From Dictyostelium discoideum (taxonomy: Eukaryota): a stretch of DNA of 64,000 nt. Location: assembly GCA_000004695.1 (NCBI GenBank), contig CM000154.2, positions 3,488,001-3,552,000 on the forward strand, read 5' to 3'. Positions 13,704 to 28,609 of this stretch are shown here, piece after piece (position 1 is the stretch's first letter; every line of letters starts with the position of its first letter). The notes under the pieces were generated by a model that was not told the origin of the DNA, ran no database searches, and saw only the letters and a list, made by a program, of their open reading frames with translations. The translations under genes and the position numbers were made by a program.

Positions 13704-14395
13704 AAATTAAAAAAAAAAAAAAAAAAACAATGTTAATAGTGTTGATTTAGATTTAAAAAAATACATTATCTATTGATATGGAAACACTACTACTTTTTTT
13801 TTTTAATTTCTTTTTTAATTTCTTTATTTTATTGGGAAGTGTGTTAAAAAAAGAAATTATTACCAGATCACATTAATGCTTTGAGATTGAATAATTACCC
13901 ACCACTTTATTCATAAATTTTAATTTTATTTTTATTTTTAATTGAATAATTTTCCCCCACCACTACTTTTACCACTGCAATATTTTACCATTTTTATTAT
14001 ACCCAACACCATTTTTCTTTACCACCATATTAAAAAAAAAAAAAAAAAAAAGTGGTGTGAAAGTTATTTTTATTTTATTTTATTTTTTTTTTTTTTTTTT
14101 TTTTTTATATTGTAATTCCTCCAAAGCCAAAAAAATAAAAAATAATAATTTATTTGAAAAATTATTAAAAAAAAAAAAAAAAACTTGAGTAATGAATAAA
14201 AAAAAAAAAAAAAAAAATGATTAAAAATAAAAAAAAAATTACAATTTTTATAAAATGATTCCATGATTCCCACATTCAATATAATATATATCTCACCCAA
14301 AATCATCAATTAAATTTAAAAAAAATATGAATATTTCAAATATGATCTTAGATTGTATTGTTCTATTTTTAATTAATTTTGAAATTTATTAAAAA

Positions 14396-14429
<34 letters not shown>

Positions 14430-14779
14430 GTAATTATAATAATAATAATAATATAAACAATAATAATAATAAATAAAATTTCACATTATGTACAATGAAT
14501 TTAAATAAACACTATGAATAGTATTTATATTTCAAGTTTTATTTTTTATTTTTTATTTATTTTTTTTTTTTTTATATATTTTTTTTTTTCGTTTGTGATT
14601 GAAAAAAATAATAATTTTAAAATTTACTTTTTAAATATATTTTTATAAAATTTGATAGGATTATAAAATTAACCTTTTTTTTTTTTTCTTTGATAAAAAA
14701 AAAAAAATAAAACCTGATTTAATTAAAGGTAATTTATGTTATTTTTTTTTTTTTTTTATTTCCTTGAAAATTTTTTATT

Positions 14780-15206
14780 TTAAAATTCACAATAATTTAA
14801 TTTCCAACAAACTTCATCTTGGTCAAAATTTTTTAAATTTTCAGTAATATATGGCATTTCATTTTCAATAAATTGTTGAGTGGTATTCTATGGAAAAGAA
14901 AAAGAAAAAAAAGAAAAAAAAAATTTTTATTAGAAAAATGTTTTTGATCTTTTTTTTTTTTATTTTATAAAAAAATAAAATAAAAAATAATAAAATAATA
15001 AAAAATAAGATATTTACAAATGATACTCCAAATTTTGTAGTAATTTTATGTAAATCAAATGAATTAAAATACTTATTTCCTAATCCATAGATTATCATTA
15101 TAGCCCCTTCACATAATCTACATCTTTCACTAATTAGAGTGAAAGAAAATGTGATATTGATTAAAATAATAAAAAATATAAATGAAGATTTAAAACTTCT
15201 ATACAT
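14780..15206 (-). CDS. small secreted 4-Cys protein (~98 aa), 2 exons (15206..15018, 14887..14780)
   Basis: ATG 15206 with hydrophobic N-terminus MYRSFKSSFIFFIILINITFSF. Exon 1 ends ..KFGVSF in phase 0 at a GTAAAT donor. The acceptor is a long pyrimidine tract ending ..ttttccatag. Exon 2 reads NTTQQFIENEMPYITENLKNFDQDEVCWKLNYCEF then a stop. Cys pattern is CxxC...CxxxxC. The track ORF read through the intron into poly-F junk. Confidence 0.35.
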
Positions 15207-16634
15207 TTTTTAATAAAAAAATATAATATAATTGATATATAAAGTTTTTTTAAATTTAAAAATAAAAAAAACAAGTAAATTTTATTTTTGCAAGCAAAGA
15301 TAGTTATATAAAATAAAAAACAAACAAACAATAATTTAAACAAGTATTAAAATATTTTAATATATTATTATTTTTTTTATACTTGATTGATATTTTAAGA
15401 GCAAGTATTAATAAAATTTATAATTTTTATAATTATAAAAGAGAATATATAAAAATAAAAAATAAATAAATAGGTATTTGTTTTAAATATAATTTATAAA
15501 AATAAAATAAAAAAATAAAAATAAATATATATATATATTATATATAAAAAAATTATAAATAATTGATTATTATTATAAAAAAACATATGAAATTATACTT
15601 TAATATCTTACCATATCACTAATCATCAATTTAAAATAATGGGTGGTAGTGGTAAATAATTAATTTCAGCCGTACCCATCACGCATACATATAAAATTTG
15701 TATTTACTTATAAAATAAAAGAAAACAATAAAATAAAAATATTAAAAACTAAAGTAAAAAAACAAAAGATTAAAATTAAAATCTGATTAACCTCTTTGAA
15801 AATTTCCTTCATTTATTATTTAAATTTTTTTTTTGATTTTTTTTTTTTTTTTTTTTGTGCTTTTTTTAGGATAATAAAATACTTTATTTTGGTGTTTTTT
15901 TTATTTTATTTTTTTCATTATAATTATAATTAAAAAAAAAAAAAAAATGTTTTTACAATTTAATTATTAACACCACCACCACCACCATCAACATTAATTT
16001 TTAATGTATCTCCTACTACAACCCATCCAATATAAATTTTCTATTTTATCTATTAGGTAATTTTACTCGAAATACTGTAAATCTAATTTTTTTGTTTTGA
16101 ATTGTAAGAATAATTTTATATTAAAACTATAATCAAAATAATTTTTTTAATTTTAATTAGTATTTATTTTTTGTTTTTGGTAAGAACATTTTTTATGGGG
16201 TTATTTTTTTCGTTTATTTTTTTTTTTAAAAAAAATAAAAAATAAAAATAAAAATAAAAATAAAAAAAAAAAAAATAAAAAATTAATAAAGATTAATTCC
16301 TATTTTATTTATACTGACTGAATGACCCCCATAATATTGATATTTTTATATATATTTACATTTGATTAAAATCTTTTAAATCGAAATATATTTATAAAAT
16401 TTGTAAAAACCTATTATTATTATTTTTTTTGAAATAAATTGTTTTCTTTTTCGTCATTAAAAAACGAATTTTAAAATCTCTTATCAACATACTTACCATA
16501 TATGTTAATAATGTAATGTTGTACACAAATTTTTGGTATAAAAAAAATTAAAAGATGAAATTAAAGATCATTGTGTTTGTTTATCTTATTATTTTTGTTT
16601 TGTTTTTTTTTTATAATTAAATAAAAAATAACTT

Positions 16635-16674
<40 letters not shown>

Positions 16675-17136
16675 CAAATTTATAAAATAAAACCTTTAAT
16701 CTTAAATAAATTAAGTTTCGGTTTTTTTTTGCAACAAAAAAAATTAAAAATAAAAAATAGATAAAATAAAACAAAACAAAAATAATTTAGAATGTGACAA
16801 TTTTTGAGATATATTAATCACAAGTGAAATCTTTATAAATAATTGTTAACTGATTAATTTTTAAAAAAAAATAAAAAATAATATTAAAAGCAAAGATATT
16901 TTGACCAATACAAAATGAAAAGAAATTTAAAGGATTGTTTCACAAGTATGGATTCCATCCATCCCTCTACTCTCCAATTTTGGTACCAATCCCCTCTTTT
17001 CATTAATCATAAAAATAAAAAATTGTTATTTTAGACAATTATAACCCCATAATGAACTCAATATGTAAATGAAATCATAATTTACTAGTAATATTAATTT
17101 CATAATAATATATCATTTGTAATATATATATTATTA

Positions 17137-17193
<57 letters not shown>

Positions 17194-17411
17194 TAATTTT
17201 CTTGTATTAAAAATAATTATTAATTTTAAATATAATAAAAAATAATTAATAACAAATAAATGTAAAAATTAAAAAAAATTTATTTATTAATTTAAAAACG
17301 ATAATAAAATAAAATTAAAATTATAACATTGTACAAACCACAAATTTTCTTAATTATTTTATATGTAATTATATTTTTTACATGAAAAAAAATAATAAAA
17401 TAAATAAAAAA

Positions 17412-17517
<106 letters not shown>

Positions 17518-17707
17518 AACATTAAATTTATATTTGTAATAAAATTATTGGTTTTATTTTATTTAATTTTATTTATGCTTCAGACGTTGCTGTTACAACT
17601 GATGTTATTTTATATATCATTGTATCTTTATCCAATTTAATTTTTGTGGGATGAGGACATAATTTATTTAATAAATTCAATTTTGGAAGATTTGTAGATA
17701 CCTAAAA

Positions 17708-17743
<36 letters not shown>

Positions 17744-17804
17744 TAAAATTTAAATTCTGCAGAAATAATAAAAAAAATAAAAAAAAAAAGTAATTCTTTG
17801 ATTT

Positions 17805-18967
17805 TTATATTGATAAAATAATAAATCTAATAAAATAAAAAAATAAAAATTTTATATTTACCCAATCATCTAAATATAAACCACCAGTATCACCACTATT
17901 TGGATTTAAACACCAATAAAAACTATCTGTTGTACCTTTTGAAATTAAGTAATCAACAAAAGTATCCATCCATAATTGATCCATTGGAGTTATATATTTT
18001 CCACCCCATTCACCAATTACTACACCTCTTTTAGTATTTGTTGCTAAATTACCAAAATTTTGATCCCAATGAGGTTTTAAATTGTGTGGATAATCTTTAT
18101 GATTGAAATGTGGATGGTTGACAACGGACGGACCATAGCAGTGAGGAGAGTAAACAAATTTATCATTTAAAGGTAAATTAATTGTTGTTTGACCACCTTT
18201 TACACCCTCCTGCTCAAAACTTTCACCCCAACATGCTATTTTATCAGCAGTTTGGGATGGTATACCTTGGCCGAAAATCAACCATTGATTACCACCATTA
18301 TTTTGAATGTATGCACCGATTCTATTGATTGCCTTATCCCAATCTGTTTTCTCATTACCACTATTCCAAGTTGCAGCGAATGGTTCATTCTTTAAATCTA
18401 TACCTAAAACATTCCACATTTGACCATAACGTAGTATTAATATATTGAACATTTTCATTACATCAGATTCTGAATGTTTTGAAGAATACCATAAACCATG
18501 ATTCAATCTATCATTTGGACCGAATGAATGGAAATCCAATAGAATTAGAATTCCACGTTCACCAGCTGCTTCAATAATTAAATCCAATACTGATAATGCT
18601 CGCAATCCATATAGATCCTTATTCATTTGTTGATTGATTGTAATTGATGTTGGGAATGGATCTTTAACTACCATCTCATAGGAGAATGGTATTCTAATTG
18701 CATTGAATGTATTCTCTTTTAAGAAATCTAAATATTGTTTATAATCTCTTGCCCATAATCCATGAACACAATAAGTTTCACATTCACCACCAAACCATGA
18801 TACTCCCTTTATCTTTAATGGTAAATCATTAATCCAAAGTCCACCATCTTTTGATGAGAAATATAATCTTTGATATTCTGATTTATTCATTCTTAATTTA
18901 TGTGAACTTCTTTTTAATAAATTACTACTTGTTTTTAATGGTGAATATGGTGTAATTCTTGGTGTAA

Positions 18968-19048
<81 letters not shown>

Positions 19049-19728
19049 TACTGTTATTATGTATTAATGGTGAAATTATATTTGAATTTTGATATATACC
19101 ACCAGTTAATCTATTTGAATGATGATGATTATTTAATGAATTTGTTGTTGTTGTAGTTGTCGTTGTTGTTGTTGTTGAAAATTCTTTATTTAAATTGTTG
19201 AAATTATTATTATTACTAATATTATTAATACTATTATTATTATTTAAATAATTATAACTACTATTTATAATATTTGATCTTTCTCTTGATGTTTTATATT
19301 TATCTCTATGAATTTTTTTATATTCCTCCATTTGATCCTCTATTGAGGGTGAATTTAATTGATTTGGTGATGATGGTGTATTTATTGTTGATGAAGATGA
19401 TGACAATGGTTGTTGAGGTTGTAGATTTGGTGAAAATGTATTTGGTAAAATTTTATTTTTTTGATTTTTAATTTGATTATTATTAAATTGATGATTTGGT
19501 TGTTGTTTTAATTGTTGTTGGTCTTGTTGTTCATCATCATTATTTTTATTATTATTTTTATTATTATTATTTATGTTTTTTTCTAATGATATTAGTTGTG
19601 ATGGAGTATAACTTGATGATGTATGATAAATATTATTAAATTGATTGTCTTGATTTTGAGGTAATTGTTGAGATTGAGATAATTGTGATTGTGATGGCAC
19701 TTGTTGTTGTTGTTGTTGTTGTTGTTGC

Positions 19729-19804
<76 letters not shown>

Positions 19805-20045
19805 GAATATAACCAATATTTGAATTAATATTTTGATTATGTCCAATGGTTTCAATTGAATTTGAACTTGAATTAGATGGACTATTATTATTATTATTTG
19901 GTATTATATTTGTATTGTATGTGTGATAATGGTAATTATTTATAGTTTTATTATTATCAAGATTTTCTTGTTGTTTCTTTCTTATCTTTTTTAATGATGG
20001 TTCTTTTTTTTTAAAAATGTTTTTAATCTTTTTAATGAATGTCAT
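17805..20045 (-). CDS. glycoside hydrolase family 5 (cellulase-like) with ~380-aa poly-Q/poly-N N-terminal extension. An alternative 3' structure has main exon 20045..17862 plus terminal exon 17701..17573
   Basis: C-terminal half carries GH5 signatures: GVSWFGGECETYCVHGLW, NAIRIPFSYE, LKNEPF (acid/base Glu), SPHCYGP, VVIGEWGG (nucleophile Glu) and FYWCLNPNSGDTGGL. N-terminal half is (CAA)n/(AAT)n-encoded low complexity. No signal peptide is apparent. A GTAAAT donor lies right after ..LYLDDW (17861), and an acceptor ..tttttag at 17702 opens a clean 42-codon exon VSTNLPKLNLLNKLCPHPTKIKLDKDTMIYKITSVVTATSEA then a stop. Confidence 0.7.
19701..19805 (-). repeat. (CAA)n coding microsatellite (~35 units) encoding poly-Q in the GH5 gene
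   Basis: Plus strand reads (ttg)n with one ctg interruption. Confidence 0.9.
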
Positions 20046-20126
20046 TTTATTTTTATTTTTTTTATTTTTATTTTATTTTATTAAAATAAAATAATAATTT
20101 ATTTTTAATAATAAAAAAATAATAAT

Positions 20127-20157
<31 letters not shown>

Positions 20158-20249
20158 TTATAAATGTGATGGTAATAAGGTTTTTTAAAAAAAAAAAATA
20201 ATAAAAAATAAAAGTAAATGGAAATTAAAGGATAATTATTATTATTTTG

Positions 20250-20283
<34 letters not shown>

Positions 20284-20695
20284 ATAATATTAAAATTTAA
20301 AAATAAAATAAATTAAATTAAATAAAATAAATAATTAATAAAAATGAATAGAAATAATTTTAAAATACAAATTGTGTGTTTTTTTTTTTTTGGTTTTTTT
20401 TTTTTTATTATTCTATATGTGATAAATCAATATAATGCATGATAAAAAAATAAAATTAAAAAATAAATAATACCCACTGTACAAAACCACACATTCACCC
20501 ATGTAATATAGTGAAATATTGTTAAAAATAGATGTGAGTTGAAATACAAAAAAAAAAAATCTTTTTTTGGAAATGTAAATGTTATAATTTCATCAAATTT
20601 ATCTTCATAAAATATTTTATACAAATATATATATTTATATATATGTGTGTGTACATATATATAATATATGTTTAGTCTAAAAGGTTATTATAACA

Positions 20696-20728
<33 letters not shown>

Positions 20729-20861
20729 TTATTTGTGATTAATATTTGTGTTAGTGGGTGAGTGGGGGTGTATGTATGTATGTGGGTGTGGTTGGTGATT
20801 ATTGTATTTCTATATGTTAAAATTATTATATATATAAATAAATTATTGTTTTTAAGTTTGG

Positions 20862-20895
<34 letters not shown>

Positions 20896-20915
20896 TATAT
20901 ATTTTTTAATTAAAT

Positions 20916-21780
20916 TTATTTCTTTTTTTGTTTTGGAACTGGTTTTTCATCAATGATACCTAATGAAGCCATTAAAGCTTCAGCTTCTAATTCTTGTTTT
21001 GATTTCTTCTTTTGTTTTGGTGCAACTTTTTTGTTTGATTTTTTGACTGGTTCTTCATCAGCAGTTGAATTTTCTTCATCTTTTTTAACTTCTTTTTCTT
21101 CTTCTTTATCTTCATAGATTTGATCATCATCTTCATCAACTTTAGTTTCCTCTCTTTTAAAATAAAAAAATAATAATAAAAAAAATGTTAGGTCCATCAT
21201 TTTTATTATTATCCCTAATTATTAATATTATATATATGTATACTTTTTTAATGATGGATAGTTTTTGTAAACTTTAGTTTGAGTGGTAGTTGTAGTTTGT
21301 TCGTTTTTATCGGCCCATCTCATGGTTGGAATATTAATTTGTTCAGTTTTAGATTCTTTAACATCAACAACTGGTGTAGTATCTCTAAAAATAGTTTTAT
21401 AAAAGAAATAATATTAATAAATTATTATGGTAATTATTAAATATTTATGATTTTGAATGCCAAAATGTACTGTTATATATATGTGTGGGTGTGTGGGAAT
21501 GTCTGTGGGTGTCTGATCAAACACTTCTTTATCATTTAATATCTATATATATGATTGAAACATACTTTGATTTATTTAATTGAGAAAGATCAACAACTTT
21601 TTTTGGTTCAACAACTGGTGTAGTTGGTGATACTGGTGAAGTGACAGTTGTTGGTGAAACGACTGGTGTAGTTGGTGATACTGGTTTAACAACAACTTTT
21701 GGTGTGGTTGAAGTTGGTTTTTTGACTACTTTTTTGGTGCTGTCTTTTTTGGCAAAGAAATCATTTAAATCATCACTCAT
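20916..21780 (-). CDS. Lys/Glu/Pro/Thr-rich hypothetical protein, 197 aa, 3 exons (21780..21566, 21384..21244, 21153..20916)
   Basis: Track ORFs 21532..21780 and 20916..21200 are joined through a middle exon. Donors are GTATGT and GTATAC, both phase 2. Acceptors are ..tttttag and ..ttttaaaag. The spliced product is MSDDLNDFFAKK...PTMRWADKNEQ...ELEAEALMASLGIIDEKPVPKQKKK. Total CDS is 594 nt. Function not recognised. Confidence 0.5.
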
Positions 21781-22109
21781 TCTATTTTGTATATATATTT
21801 ATATTATTGTGTATTATTATTATTTTGCGTAATATGAAAAAATGAAGTTTTGAAAAAAAAAAAAAAAAAAATTATTTTATAAAAAAAAAAAAAGTGAAAA
21901 AAAAAAAAAATAAAAATAAAAAAAACAACAATTTGGATTGGCTAAGTGTGAGCTTAAGCCACTTTTTTTTAATCACTTTTTCAGATTTATTTTAAAAAAA
22001 AAATAAAATAAAATAAAAATAATATTAATAAAAAATTACCAAAAAAAATAAATAAATAAATAAAAAAGAAGATAAAAAGGAAACAGGTAAAAAAAAAAAA
22101 AAAAAAAAA

Positions 22110-22198
<89 letters not shown>
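22110..22198. repeat. (AAT)n microsatellite
   Basis: Direct reading. Confidence 0.9.
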
Positions 22199-22199
<1 letters not shown>

Positions 22200-22293
22200 C
22201 GGGGGAAGAGGGTTTTTTTTTTTTTTTTTTTTTTTTTTGATTAATATCTATTGTTTTATTTAATACATCTTAAAAAAAAAGTTGAGAATGTTT

Positions 22294-22330
<37 letters not shown>

Positions 22331-22342
22331 GTCTGGTGTTGT

Positions 22343-22764
22343 TTATTTTGATTCTGGTTTTTTGAAGTTGTTGTTATTATTGTTATCATTTTTAACGTTG
22401 AATTTTAAACTATCTTCTTCAAATTCATCTTCAAAATCATCTTCAAAACCTTTGAAAATTATAAAATAAAAATATATGTTAGAACTCTTGGATATTTATT
22501 TTTTATATTTCATCATTAACTTTTATTAATGAGTGTTGTAAAGAAGAAAGGAATTGTATATTATATTATTTTATTTTATTTTATTTTATTTTATTTTATT
22601 TTATTGTGTGTGTGAGTTATAATAAATATAGCAATATAACACTTACTATTAAAGAATTCAGTGTGAACTAAAGTTTTACCATGTTCATTCATATTATCCA
22701 TTAAGGACTCTTCATCCATAATATCTTCATAATCGAAATCATCTTTAACACGTAAATTATTCAT
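22343..22764 (-). CDS. small acidic hypothetical protein, 74 aa, 2 exons (22764..22647, 22449..22343)
   Basis: ATG 22764 with A-rich leader. Exon 1 reads MNNLRVKDDFDYEDIMDEESLMDNMNEHGKTLVHTEFFN (phase 1) and ends at a GTAAGTG donor. The acceptor is ..ttttcaaag. Exon 2 reads (S)FEDDFEDEFEEDSLKFNVKNDNNNNNNFKKPESK then a stop. Confidence 0.4.
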
Positions 22765-22808
22765 TTTTTATATTTTTATTTGTATTTTGTTTATATATTT
22801 ACTATTAC

Positions 22809-22846
<38 letters not shown>

Positions 22847-22909
22847 AATATATAATATATTATAGAGTATTTATTTGATTATCTCTCAAAATGTGATGAA
22901 AACAAATTT

Positions 22910-22946
<37 letters not shown>

Positions 22947-23087
22947 CCAATTTTTTTATTAAAATTTCAAAAATTAAAAAAAAAATAAATAAAAATTAAA
23001 AAAAAATCAAAATTATTTTTAATTTTTTAAATTAATTTTTATTTTTTTATTTTTTTTTTATTTTTTTTTTTTTTTCCCAATCCCAAC

Positions 23088-24671
<1,584 letters not shown>

Positions 24672-25098
24672 AAAGATAAAAAATACTCATAGTAAAATAG
24701 TAAATCCCATAGATGCACCTTTAATTTAAAAAAAAAATAAATAAAAAAATAAAAAAATAAAAATAAAAAAAATAAATAATGATAACAATAAATAAAAATA
24801 AAAAATAAGTAATGATAATAAATAAAAAGAAAAAAAAAAAAAAAAAAAAAAAAAAAAACGAGTCATTAACTGATTATATTCGTTAAAAATGATCAATCTC
24901 ATCCAATCTTAATTTTCATTTTTTTTTTTTTTTCATTTTTTTTCATGTTTTTTTTTTTATTTTATTTTATTTTTATTTTTTCATTTTTTTTTTTTTTTTT
25001 TTTTTTTTTCGGCCGAAAGTTTTGATTAATCTCAAATTATTTTAGAAATTAATTAATTTTAATTTTTTTTATTTATTTTTTTTTTAAATTTTTTAATT

Positions 25099-25130
<32 letters not shown>

Positions 25131-25257
25131 CATTTACTTTTTTTTTTTTGTTTTCATTTTTTTTTTTTTTTCATTTAAGTTTTTGCTTTGACTATCTCAC
25201 ACACCAAATAATATCAAGTGCAGATTTTTCGATTGGGTAATTTAACAATAATTCAAT

Positions 25258-25395
25258 TTGAAATTTCCACTGATTTTATTTTATCAACAAAGAAAAAAAA
25301 AAAAAAAAGAAAAGAAAAAAAAAAAAAAAAAAGGTAATTATCAAGAGTTATTTCATATAAACTTTTATTTTGAATATTTTTTTTTTTTCACAAAT

Positions 25396-25434
<39 letters not shown>

Positions 25435-25659
25435 CCTTTTTTTTTTTTTTTTTTTGGGGCCTTTTTAAAAAAACTTTTTTTTGGGTTAAGGGAAAATTTT
25501 TTAAAACAACCAATTTTTTAATGGGCTACATTAATTTTTTGTGAAATTTAAACTTGTTCCCCCTTGGAAAAAAAAAAAAAAAAAAAAAAAATTTGGTTTG
25601 GGCCCCCCGGTTTTTGGGCCCAAAAAAATTAAATTTTTTCCCCACTCCAAAAAAAATCC

Positions 25660-25694
<35 letters not shown>

Positions 25695-25847
25695 AAAAAA
25701 AAAAAAAATCTCGAAAAAAAAAAAAAAATTTTTTTTTTTTTAAAACTTTAAAAACCCCAGGGAACCTTTTTTTTTTTTTTTCCCCCCCCTTTTTTTTTTA
25801 AAAAAATTTTTTAACTATTAAAAACCAAAAATTTTTTTCACAAAAAA
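25258..25847. other. degenerate, probably low-quality sequence at a contig end
   Basis: Homopolymer stutter with interspersed G/C clumps (ggggcc, gggccccccggtttttgggccc, ttcccccttgg) unlike the rest of the window. It sits directly next to the N-gap. Confidence 0.5.
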
Positions 25848-25947
25848 NNNNNNNNNNNNNNNNNNNNNNNNNNNNNNNNNNNNNNNNNNNNNNNNNNNNN
25901 NNNNNNNNNNNNNNNNNNNNNNNNNNNNNNNNNNNNNNNNNNNNNNN
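25848..25947. other. assembly gap (100 N)
   Basis: Run of n characters. Confidence 1.
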
Positions 25948-26313
25948 CTTAAAAATACAGAGGAAGCTTTTTTTTTGTTTTCTCCAATCTTTTTTTTTTT
26001 ATTAAATTTTTTTTATATTTTAAATCTAGATATTTATTCTATAAATAAAAGTAATAATACTACAACTAATAATAATAATAAATAATAATAATAATAGTAA
26101 TAACTTATTATAATTTAATAATAAGTGCAAAAAAAAAAAAAAAAAAAAAAAAATTGTCCTCAATTAATTTACACAATAAAATATTTTGGTGTCAAATTTT
26201 ATTTTATTTTGTTTTATTTATTATTATTTTTTATTTTTTTTTTTCGTTCAATATCCTTCAGATTACAAATCCATATTTTACATTGTTGCTATTTCTGGTA
26301 TTGTTAAAGTTGC

Positions 26314-26323
<10 letters not shown>

Positions 26324-26401
<78 letters not shown>
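26324..26401. repeat. (ATT)n microsatellite
   Basis: Direct reading. Track ORFs 26154.. and 26186.. are artefacts. Confidence 0.9.
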
Positions 26402-26402
<1 letters not shown>

Positions 26403-26717
26403 GTGTTGTTATATTTAAATTGGTAAAATTCCCAAAAAATTTCTATTCATAAATAAAAAATTTCTTTTTTTCTTTTCTGATCATTTTTTTTTTTTTTCTC
26501 TCTCCAATTTAATATTTCTTTTTTTTTATTTTTTTATTTTTTTGCCCATGTGTGTTTAATTGTATTTCAAAAATTTTGATTATGAAAAAATAAAAAAAAA
26601 AATAATAAAAAAAATAATAAAAAAAATAATAATAAAACAGTTCCCCACGCACACACACAAAAATTTTTTATATATCAAATTTACAAACAAAAAAGAAAAA
26701 AAGAAAAAAAAGATTGG

Positions 26718-26771
<54 letters not shown>

Positions 26772-27064
26772 TCAATTTATTTATTTAATTGTTTCTTTTC
26801 AATAGTTCTCTAAATTAAAAAAAAAAAAATAAAAAAAAAATAAAATAAAACAAAATAAAATTTCCAAAATCATTTTTTTTTTTTTTTTTTTTCAAATTTT
26901 TCTTTTTTTTATTAAATTTTTTTTTTTTTAATTTTTTTAATTTTTTTTTTTTTGGCACATTTATATTAAAAACATCCATTACGCAATATACATATTAAAT
27001 AACCCAAAAAAAAGAATAAATCATATTTCATTTTTATTGTATGTCAAAGATATAATATCACATG

Positions 27065-27095
<31 letters not shown>

Positions 27096-27223
27096 CTCTC
27101 TTTTCTTTATTGTTTTTATTATTTTATTTTTTATTTTTCAATTTTCATATTGAGCTCAAATATTAATTTTTTTTTTTTTTTTTTTAAAAAAATAGAAAAA
27201 AAAAAATAGATCAATTTAAAACA

Positions 27224-28551
27224 ATGATTAATGAGGAAGAGGAGGATGACGAGTTTTTAATAAACAATACACAATTTAAACCACCAGATAGATCAACTTC
27301 AGCGCCACCATCCTTAACAAGATTGAATAGTAATTCATTATTTTCATTTAGAGCAAATGAATTTATCAATGATATTAGAGCAGATGAACAATACTATGAG
27401 TTTTATATCAATCATGTTAACCAAGATAAATTACCGCCACCATTAGAAATTCAACAATCTTTTTATAATGCACCTGAACCTGAATCTGATTTCTCTGGTA
27501 CTTCAAGAAATGCTTTCTTCCAAGAGGTTTGTATTTATTTATAGGGTAATATGACTAGAGAAAAATATATTAATATTTTATTTTTTATTTATTTTTACTA
27601 CTATAGTATTTCAAACAACCAGTATTGAATATTCCACAACCACAACAATTTTATCAAAAACCTCCAATCCCACAAACACAACAAACACAACAACCACAAC
27701 AATATTATCAACCAATACCACAACAACCGCAAATTCAACAACCAATTCCACATAAACCACCACAACAACAACAGCAACAACAAACACCACAACCACCATA
27801 TCTACAAAGACAACCATCTTTTGGTAATGCACCAATTGGTTATCCATTACCACAACAGCAACAACAGGCCTATCAACAACAGCAACAACAATTACTTCAA
27901 CAACAGCAACAACTATTACAACAACAACAACAGCAACAACAACTACAGCAACAGCAATTATTACAGCAACAATTACAACAACGTCAATTATTACAACAAC
28001 AGCAACAACGTCAACAACAGCAACAACAACAATATTTACAACAGCAACAACAATTTAATAATAGTAATAATAATAATAATAGCAGCCATCATCATCATCA
28101 ACAACAACAACAACAACAGCAACAACAACAAAATGGTAACAATGATTTATGGGCTGTTCAAAGTGAATTATATTCATTGAAAATGAATGATGGAAAACCA
28201 GATGACTATATCGTAAAATCATCATTTGATGTTGCTTTCTCAACTGTTAATCAATTTTTCGATGAACCACGTAGTAACAGTAACAGTCTTCCAAGAAGCA
28301 CATCAAACTCTTCATTGAATCAAATTTTTGAGCCACAACTTAGAAATAGTAATATTAATAGTAACAACAACAACAACAACAGCAATAATAATAATAATAA
28401 ACAACCACCACAACCCCCACAATCAAATGGCGTTAGCGGTAATGGCGCTATAGTTAGACCAATTGCAAAAGTTGGTAATAATCTTTTACATTCACCAATT
28501 GATTTAAATCAATTTTCAAACTTTAATGGAAATATGAACGGTACTACATCA

Positions 28552-28609
<58 letters not shown>

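Noticed and set aside
14070-15343. ORFs 14070..14309(-) and 15161..15343(-), and the readthrough part of 14865..15206(-)
   Set aside because: Poly-F/K products of homopolymer tracts. Only the spliced two-exon model within 14780..15206 looks like a real gene.
20762-22469. Plus-strand ORFs 20762..20956, 21641..21832 and 22251..22469
   Set aside because: They overlap minus-strand exons with better coding character or run through poly-F/T tracts, and they show no splice support.
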